This document shows, one piece after another, positions 41,537 through 47,594 of a stretch of 64,000 nucleotides of DNA. Origin of the DNA: an uncultured Gammaproteobacteria bacterium (GTDB taxonomy: Bacteria; Patescibacteriota; Patescibacteriia; Patescibacteriales; UBA12465). Position 1 is the first letter of the stretch. Each line of letters opens with the position of its first letter. The DNA lies in contig CAZIJG010000002.1 of the NCBI GenBank assembly GCA_964539545.1, positions 6,624 to 70,623 of the forward strand, in the 5' to 3' direction. A program made the position numbers and the translations under genes. The notes beneath the pieces were generated by a model. It saw nothing but the letters and a program-made list of their open reading frames with translations. It was not told the DNA's origin and did not search any database.

Positions 41537-42973
41537 ATGAATTTTGTATCACAAACTACAGGTTATTGGTTTTTACTGCTTTTTGGTCTAGGCATGTTTT
41601 TAATCACCTATTTTATTAATAGGCAGAAAAAAGTGTCAACTAAGGAGGGTTTCTTAGTCGCCAACAGGAAAGTCGGCTGGTTTATTGGAGGCTCAAGTAT
41701 CGCAGCTTCTTGGATTTGGGCGCCAGCTCTTTTTGTTTCAGTACAAATGGCCTACGAAAAGGGTTTAGCGGGAATATTCTGGTTTACTCTGCCAAACATT
41801 GTTGCCCTAGCAATTTTTGCCTTCCTGGCACCAAAAATAAAAGAAAAGCTACCTGAGGGATTTACCTTGCCACAGTATATTAAGCAAAGACTCCAAAGCA
41901 ACAGGGTTCATAAGATGTATTTATTCCCATATCTTTTCTATCAACTAATGGCCGTAACTGTTCAGCTTTTTGCTGGTGGTAGTTTAGTCTCATTATTAAC
42001 CGGTATCCCCCTTATTATAGTTATGCCAATTCTAGCAACCATCGCTTTAATTTATACCTTGGTTTCCGGTCTTAAAGCCTCTATTATCACTGACTTTGTT
42101 CAATTAGCTATGATATTCTCTATTGGCATTATTATTCTACCTCTTACTTGGTCAACAGCTGGCGGAGGAGCTGCAATCAAGGCTGGTTTCCATGGTATAG
42201 CAAATATTGGCAGTATGTTTGACCCAGGAGTTGCCTTTTCTTTCGGCATTGTTACGGCTATTGGGTTAATCGCTGGTGCTATCTCAGATCAGCAATATTG
42301 GCAAAGAGCTTTTGCTATTAAAAAAAGACAATTAACTAAATCATTTATTTTTGGAGCTCTGGTTTTTGGTGTTGTGCCAATCGCTCTCTCAACTCTAGGA
42401 TTTTTAGCTGCCAATCCATCGCTGGGGATTGCATTACCAGCAGGGGTTGATATTTCTATGATTGGGGTCCAAACTGTGGCCACCCTACTTCCTTCCTGGG
42501 CAACGTTATTGTTTGTTATTATGCTTCTATCTGGCTTAAGTTCAACCCTAGACTCTGGTTTATCAGCGACCAGTTCTTTATGGGTAACAGACGTGGCTAA
42601 ACCGAAGTCAGATAAACAATCCATCCTATCAGCTCGTAAGGCGATGGTCGGGGTTACTATTTTAGGTTTATTGGTCGCCATATTGGCGCTATACATTCCA
42701 GCTTTTGGGCTCAAGCATCTTTGGTGGATATTTAATACAATTGCTGCTTGTGTAGTTGTCCCGACAATTCTAAGCCTCTACTGGAGCCGACTTAGTGAAA
42801 GAGGCGTGTTTTGGGGTATCCTGGTCGCTTTTATAATCGGCGTTCCATTGTTTATCTACGGAAATATTATCAATAACCCTGGATGGATTGTAGGAGCTTC
42901 ATTGTTCATCATAACTATTAGCACTGTCTTCTGTCTAATTTTACCAAACAGAAAAATACAAACAGAATATTAA
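41537..42973 (+). CDS. Sodium:solute symporter family transporter (DUR3-like)
   Basis: FLVANR, SIAASWIWA, SGLKASIITD, DQQYWQRAFA, STLDS; start moved to ATG 41537. Confidence 0.88.
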   Translation: MNFVSQTTGYWFLLLFGLGMFLITYFINRQKKVSTKEGFLVANRKVGWFIGGSSIAASWIWAPALFVSVQMAYEKGLAGIFWFTLPNIVALAIFAFLAPKIKEKLPEGFTLPQYIKQRLQSNRVHKMYLFPYLFYQLMAVTVQLFAGGSLVSLLTGIPLIIVMPILATIALIYTLVSGLKASIITDFVQLAMIFSIGIIILPLTWSTAGGGAAIKAGFHGIANIGSMFDPGVAFSFGIVTAIGLIAGAISDQQYWQRAFAIKKRQLTKSFIFGALVFGVVPIALSTLGFLAANPSLGIALPAGVDISMIGVQTVATLLPSWATLLFVIMLLSGLSSTLDSGLSATSSLWVTDVAKPKSDKQSILSARKAMVGVTILGLLVAILALYIPAFGLKHLWWIFNTIAACVVVPTILSLYWSRLSERGVFWGILVAFIIGVPLFIYGNIINNPGWIVGASLFIITISTVFCLILPNRKIQTEY

Positions 42974-42998
42974 AAGTTATGCCCCCTCCAGGGGTAAC

Positions 42999-43029
42999 AA
43001 AAAATACCTCCAAAATTGGAGATATTTTT
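42999..43029 (-). terminator. Hairpin terminator, probably the original tRNA-His terminator
   Basis: AAAAATACCTCC-aaaatt-GGAGATATTTTT, ending 3 nt before the leftmost TGGGT core. Confidence 0.65.
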
Positions 43030-43032
43030 CTA

Positions 43033-43129
43033 TGGGTCCGACATGGCGGGAATTTATAAATATAATATCTAATAGTATTATCATGGCTAATTTTTATGCT
43101 GACATTAAGGAATTTAAGAATATAAAAAA
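43033..43129 (+). repeat. Cassette arm A, copy 1 (copy 2 at 43723-43819)
   Basis: TGGGTCCGACATGGCGGGAATTTATAAATATAATATCTAATAGTATTAT identical in both copies, then diverging. Confidence 0.95.
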
Positions 43130-43155
43130 GCTGCCCTTAATTTAGACAGCTAGAA

Positions 43156-43599
43156 TTATTCATTGTTTTTACATAAAGCTCTTATCAGCTCTATATTAAC
43201 ATTTTTTCCAGGACAGGTTTTAGTAGTTGTTGATAATTCATTATGAGCTAATATACTTTCTATAGGAATATTGTACTGCTTAATTTTTTTCTTTAGAAAA
43301 CAAACTAAGGCTTTCATTTGTTTGGAGCTTGGCGATACTTTATCAAAATCTCCAATTAAACACACAGCCAGAGACTCCTTATTATAACCAATGGCGTGAG
43401 CACCTTCAAAAGCCTCTGGTCTTCCTACATACAATTTTCCATTAATTGTAAAAGGTCTCTTGTTGCCAATTAAATAATGATATCCTATATTTTCCCATCC
43501 CCTTAAGTAAATATGTCTCATTTTTATAAAAAACGGAAAGTCGTTATTACGACTAGTGTGATGAACTATAATATAATTTACTATATTTAATTTATTCAA
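43156..43599 (-). CDS. N-acetylmuramoyl-L-alanine amidase (Amidase_2, T7 lysozyme-like)
   Basis: IIVHHT, IGYHYLI, GAHAIGYN, CLIGDF, HNEL..KTCPG; TTG start after GGGGG SD-like. Confidence 0.9.
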   Translation of the reverse strand: MNKLNIVNYIIVHHTSRNNDFPFFIKMRHIYLRGWENIGYHYLIGNKRPFTINGKLYVGRPEAFEGAHAIGYNKESLAVCLIGDFDKVSPSSKQMKALVCFLKKKIKQYNIPIESILAHNELSTTTKTCPGKNVNIELIRALCKNNE

Positions 43600-43641
43600 A
43601 ATAAACCCCCTTTATATAATTAATTATTAAAGAACATTTTT

Positions 43642-43727
43642 TATTTAATAAAAAAGCATACCAATGAAGTATGCTTTTGTCAACAGATCATCGTAATATT
43701 TTCCTTAACATTAAAGAAAATTTGGGT
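43642..43727 (+). repeat. Cassette arm B, copy 1 (copy 2 at 44450-44534)
   Basis: TATTTAATAAAAAAGCATACCAATGAAGTATGCTTTTGTCAA identical in both copies; TTTTCCTTAAC..AAGAAAATTTGGGT conserved. Confidence 0.95.
43655..43683 (-). promoter_or_regulatory. Cassette-borne sigma70 promoter (second copy 44463-44491)
   Basis: TTGACA-17 nt-TATGCT pointing into the cargo gene in both cassettes. Confidence 0.7.
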
Positions 43728-44534
43728 CCGACATGGCGGGAATTTATAAATATAATATCTAATAGTATTATTATGGATAATTTTTGTGCTGATATTAAGA
43801 ATCTTAGAGATATAAAAAATCCCTCGGTTTTCTAAGAGCTAAAGCTCAAAGAATCCAAGGGATATAAGCTTTAGGGACTTAAGCTCCCCGTTGCAGTACA
43901 ACCACACGATGAGCGCCCCCAGCACGCCAAACGCCGCCAAACCCGAAACGGCCGACACCGACACTCAGACCACCGGAGCGCACGTGCACGCGGGCAACAT
44001 AATATTTACCGTCAACTTTGAACGGGAAAAAAATAGAGCGACCATCTTTTTTCAAATACTTTTGATTGCTGATACAAAATTCGGTAATTTGGTTTTGAGT
44101 CAGACAAAGTTTGTCCAAATCATCATTTAGCGAACCGAACATCTGTTTAACATTAGCATCTTGCGCCATTTCATAAACCTGAGTCTTAATTTCTGGTGTT
44201 TTTTTGTCTGGCTTGTTTAAATTCCAGCCTTTGAAGTCTGGATCAATCCATGATTTGAATACATCTTCAGAGTTAAAAATAGTCTGACTACCATCTACGG
44301 CATTAGTAATTACATTATCTGCAACAAGTCTTAAAACATTTGTCTCCTGAGCCATCACAAGTGACGACATAAGAACAATTAACAAAAATAGGAATAACCT
44401 TCTCATCTTTTTCTGATTTTAGTGAAACAATATACTTATTTTAATGATCTATTTAATAAAAAAGCATACCAATGAAGTATGCTTTTGTCAATAGCTACTA
44501 ACTGTGTTTTCCTTAACGTTAAGAAAATTTGGGT
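43723..44534. mobile_element. Mini-cassette 2 (807 bp core to core) carrying a putative DGR target
   Basis: TGGGT cores at 43723 and 44530; the latter overlaps the tRNA-His 3' end. Confidence 0.7.
43879..44406 (-). CDS. Secreted protein, putative DGR target with C-terminal variable region
   Basis: Signal peptide; 43900-43998 has only 3 A in 99 nt on the coding strand; hairpin 43819-43863 follows the stop. Confidence 0.75.
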   Translation of the reverse strand: MRRLFLFLLIVLMSSLVMAQETNVLRLVADNVITNAVDGSQTIFNSEDVFKSWIDPDFKGWNLNKPDKKTPEIKTQVYEMAQDANVKQMFGSLNDDLDKLCLTQNQITEFCISNQKYLKKDGRSIFFPFKVDGKYYVARVHVRSGGLSVGVGRFGFGGVWRAGGAHRVVVLQRGA

Positions 44535-44606
44535 GGTAGATGGGTTTTGAACCCACTACCTCCGGGACCACAACCCGGCGCTCTAACCAATTGAGCTACT
44601 ACCACC
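44532..44606 (-). tRNA. tRNA-His(GTG)
   Basis: G-1 plus GTGGTAG/CTACCAC acceptor, CCGGG-TTGTGGT-CCCGG anticodon arm. Confidence 0.96.
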
Positions 44607-44624
44607 GTATATTATTTTGATATT

Positions 44625-44762
44625 TTATTCTTTCACGTCATTCTCACCACAATTGTGAGGACAACTAGAACAGTCACAACCAAAAATATCTAAATCTTCT
44701 ACAGCCACGTCTTCCACATTTTCATTTTCTTTCTGAAGATCATTTTTTTTGTCTTCTAACAT
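44625..44762 (-). CDS. Small acidic Cys-rich protein, 45 aa (CDCSSCPHNC)
   Basis: Manual translation; fills the tRNA-Arg/tRNA-His spacer; below ORF-track cutoff. Confidence 0.6.
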   Translation of the reverse strand: MLEDKKNDLQKENENVEDVAVEDLDIFGCDCSSCPHNCGENDVKE

Positions 44763-44789
44763 ATAATTTTACTTAATTAATTATACTAG

Positions 44790-44861
44790 TACGCCCAGGG
44801 GGAATCGAACCCTCATATCCAGCTTAGAAGGCTGGTGTTCTATCCGTTGAACTATGGGCGC
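44790..44861 (-). tRNA. tRNA-Arg(TCT)
   Basis: GCGCCCA/TGGGCGT acceptor, CCAGC-CTTCTAA-GCTGG anticodon arm. Confidence 0.96.
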
Positions 44862-44927
44862 TTAAAAATAAAATTGCCTATCCTGGCAACAGGATTAATT
44901 TAACAAAATACCTCTAAAAAGTCAATA

Positions 44928-46124
44928 TTAGCCAAAAGCTAACCAACCTGGTTGAAATATTAACAACACACCGATAATTAGCATGATGATTCCGCCAATT
45001 AAACCAGCTAATCGACTATACTGAGTATTAACCTTGGACATCTTTAAACTAGTCATTGCAATAACAAAGATTAAAAGATCGTCTAGCATGAAAATAAAGA
45101 CATAGAGGAATAAATATGAATAATATTGCAAAGAAGATAAGCCAGATAAAGACAGGACGTGAGTATAAACCGCTGGCAATCCAGCGCTACAAATTAATTC
45201 TACTAGATTAACCGCTGCAGCTAATAACACTATACCTCCTAATGCTAACCAAAACTTATCCTGATCAATTATCTTTCTTAGAGCCCTAAAAGTCTTTTTT
45301 CTTTTTTCGTTACCGGTCACTTTACAGGTAGCATCACGATTAACAAAATATTCTCTTAAATGATAACCGCCACTAAATAAGGCTACTGCGGCTATAACTA
45401 ATCTCACCCAAAAAAGAAAACCTAGGAATAGAAATAAATTTAGCCAGGCAGCTAAGAACAAGTAGTATACGGCTGCTGAAACAACTATAAAACTAATTCC
45501 CAGAATCCACATTCGACGACGATTTTTCATATTTAATAACAAACTAATCAAGAATAATAGTATCCACATGGCACAAGGATTAAATCCATCCAAACCGGCA
45601 ATAATTATTGTTAATAGTGGTAGGGATAAATTATTGGTATCGATTTCACCAAGAACCGGCACACTAATAACTGAATTTTTATCTATTTCTTTTTCACAAA
45701 GAATTGGTTCTAAATTAGTCTCGCCAGAAATAATCCTAGCGACATAATCTGAACAATTATATTCTAGAGCCTCATCTATAATTTGAATAATTTCTCTCCC
45801 AGTGGTTTGCTCTGAGGCAAAACCAATAACTGCCTTATTCCCAACCACCACCATAGGAATTCCAGAGACAGTAACCCCTAGTCCAGTACCAACCTTGGCT
45901 ATTAATTTAGCATTGGTCGGATTGCTCCAAACTTCAAATTTTTGAATTTCTATTTTATCTTTATAGATTTCCTTCTGAAGAAGTTCTTCAAAGAATTCTT
46001 CTTCGTTTGAACAATGCGGACAGCCGTCTCCATAGAAAAAATATATATTAACCTGCTCCTGAGCTAGAGAGGGTCGAGGCAAAAACAACAACGATAATAC
46101 CAAAATAATAAATAATTTTTTCAT
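44928..46124 (-). CDS. Glutaredoxin-fold domain fused to CcdA/DsbD-like TM domain
   Basis: Signal peptide, GCPHC, DGFNPCAMW, VELICSAG. Confidence 0.8.
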   Translation of the reverse strand: MKKLFIILVLSLLFLPRPSLAQEQVNIYFFYGDGCPHCSNEEEFFEELLQKEIYKDKIEIQKFEVWSNPTNAKLIAKVGTGLGVTVSGIPMVVVGNKAVIGFASEQTTGREIIQIIDEALEYNCSDYVARIISGETNLEPILCEKEIDKNSVISVPVLGEIDTNNLSLPLLTIIIAGLDGFNPCAMWILLFLISLLLNMKNRRRMWILGISFIVVSAAVYYLFLAAWLNLFLFLGFLFWVRLVIAAVALFSGGYHLREYFVNRDATCKVTGNEKRKKTFRALRKIIDQDKFWLALGGIVLLAAAVNLVELICSAGLPAVYTHVLSLSGLSSLQYYSYLFLYVFIFMLDDLLIFVIAMTSLKMSKVNTQYSRLAGLIGGIIMLIIGVLLIFQPGWLAFG

Positions 46125-46188
46125 ATATAAATCAATAAATAATTAAAGGTTCTTACATAATAACACAAATCGTAAAATGCTTTAAGAT

Positions 46189-46359
46189 TTGACTGATATT
46201 TAAAGATTTGGTATTGTTGTCATATATGAACAACTTTAGTAGAAACATTTCAATAATTATTAGCCTGGTTATTAACCGGGTTGGTTTTTGCTATAGTAAG
46301 TTATAAAGAATTTTAAACATTACACATTGCAAAAGCCGACTACTCTGGTCGGCTTTTTT
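46189..46359 (+). promoter_or_regulatory. Putative ribosome-mediated transcription attenuator
   Basis: TTGACT-17-TATTGT promoter, leader ORF 46226-46306, alternative hairpins, terminator 46331-46359. Confidence 0.7.
46226..46306 (+). CDS. Ile-rich leader peptide MNNFSRNISIIISLVINRVGFCYSKL
   Basis: Manual translation; ATT TCA ATA ATT ATT AGC CTG GTT ATT codon cluster. Confidence 0.65.
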   Translation: MNNFSRNISIIISLVINRVGFCYSKL

Positions 46360-46405
46360 GATTATAAAAATAAACTGATCTTTTAATTAAATAGTGGAGG
46401 TAATA

Positions 46406-46567
46406 ATGGTAAATGTAATGAATGACGGCAATGGTTTAAATTTTTTTGGTCAAGGACCAAAAGAATATCCAGAAAATCACGAAGTAAACAAAACAGGAAA
46501 TAAGATTCCTAAAAAACTGCTCGGCAAAAAGTCTAAAGCAAAACCAAAAGAAGGCAAACAGGCCTAA
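46406..46567 (+). CDS. Small basic protein, 53 aa
   Basis: GGAGG SD at 46396-46400; terminator at 46577-46602. Confidence 0.7.
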   Translation: MVNVMNDGNGLNFFGQGPKEYPENHEVNKTGNKIPKKLLGKKSKAKPKEGKQA

Positions 46568-46659
46568 TCTAAAAATAAAGGCAGAATAATCTGCCTTTTT
46601 TTCTTACTCCTATCTATGTTATACTAGTTACATAAAATGTCTTAAATTTTACTAATCTT

Positions 46660-47592
46660 ATGAAAAAAATTAAATCTGAAATTAGAAAATCGTATCTACT
46701 AAACCAATATGTTATCATCACCCCCTCTCGAGCTAAAAGGCCTAAAGATATAAAAACAAGAAACCTTGTTAAACCTTCAGATAGTTGTCCTTTTTGCGTA
46801 AACAATCTAAACAAAAAAAATATTATAGACAAAGTAAATAAAAAAGGAAATAAAAAATGGCAGGCTGTTAGCATTGGTAATATTTTCCCTGCGGTAACCT
46901 TAAATAATTTCAGAGCTTATGGCCAACAAGAAGTGATTATTGAAACTCCTAACCATGGCGTAGAACTAGGATCTCTAACTCTTCCTGAAATTGAACAATT
47001 ATTAAAATTGTATCAAAAAAGAACTAAAGCCATTGCCAAAAATAAGAAGATAGACTATATTTTATGTTTCAAAAACCAAGGAGTTAAAGCTGGGGCATCT
47101 TTACAACACGCCCATTCTCAAATTTTTGCTACTCAAATTATTCCTGAAGATTTAAAAGAAGAAGCTTCTTTAGCTCAAAAATATTTTATTAAAAATAATC
47201 ACTGTCCCTATTGCGATATTATTAAAAAAGAATTGAAATCTTCTCGAAAAATCTTTTCTGATAAAAACATTGCCGCTTTCACCCCCTACGCCAGTGCCTA
47301 TCATTATGAAGCTTGGATTTTTCCTAAACGACATTTAGATAATATTTCATTATTAAATGTTGAAGAACTAAAATCATTAGCTAAAGCTTTGAAAAAAATA
47401 CTAGTAAAACTGCAACGTCTTGGAGTAGATTACAACTATTTCTTACACAATGTGGTCTCGGATACAGACCAACATTTTTATTTAAAAATTCAACCCCGTG
47501 ATAGTGTCTGGGCTGGAGTAGAATTAGGTTCCGGATTAGTCATTAACTCTATTTCTCCAGAAATAGCCGCTAAATATTATAGAGAAAAGTAA
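46660..47592 (+). CDS. galT: Galactose-1-phosphate uridylyltransferase family protein
   Basis: RAKRP, CPFC, QEVIIETPNH, GASLQHAHSQ. Confidence 0.9.
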   Translation: MKKIKSEIRKSYLLNQYVIITPSRAKRPKDIKTRNLVKPSDSCPFCVNNLNKKNIIDKVNKKGNKKWQAVSIGNIFPAVTLNNFRAYGQQEVIIETPNHGVELGSLTLPEIEQLLKLYQKRTKAIAKNKKIDYILCFKNQGVKAGASLQHAHSQIFATQIIPEDLKEEASLAQKYFIKNNHCPYCDIIKKELKSSRKIFSDKNIAAFTPYASAYHYEAWIFPKRHLDNISLLNVEELKSLAKALKKILVKLQRLGVDYNYFLHNVVSDTDQHFYLKIQPRDSVWAGVELGSGLVINSISPEIAAKYYREK

Positions 47593-47594
47593 TT

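Larger units (their letters stand above)
43033..43727. mobile_element. Mini-cassette 1 (690 bp core to core) carrying an amidase
   Basis: TGGGT cores at 43033 and 43723; both arms shared with cassette 2. Confidence 0.7.

Noticed and set aside
43891-44130. Plus-strand 79-aa ORF
   Set aside because: Antisense to the putative VR; open partly because T, and so stop codons, are scarce there.
43033-44534. Classical integron or prophage
   Set aside because: No intI, no attC-type GTTRRRY/RYYYAAC sites seen, and no phage structural genes.
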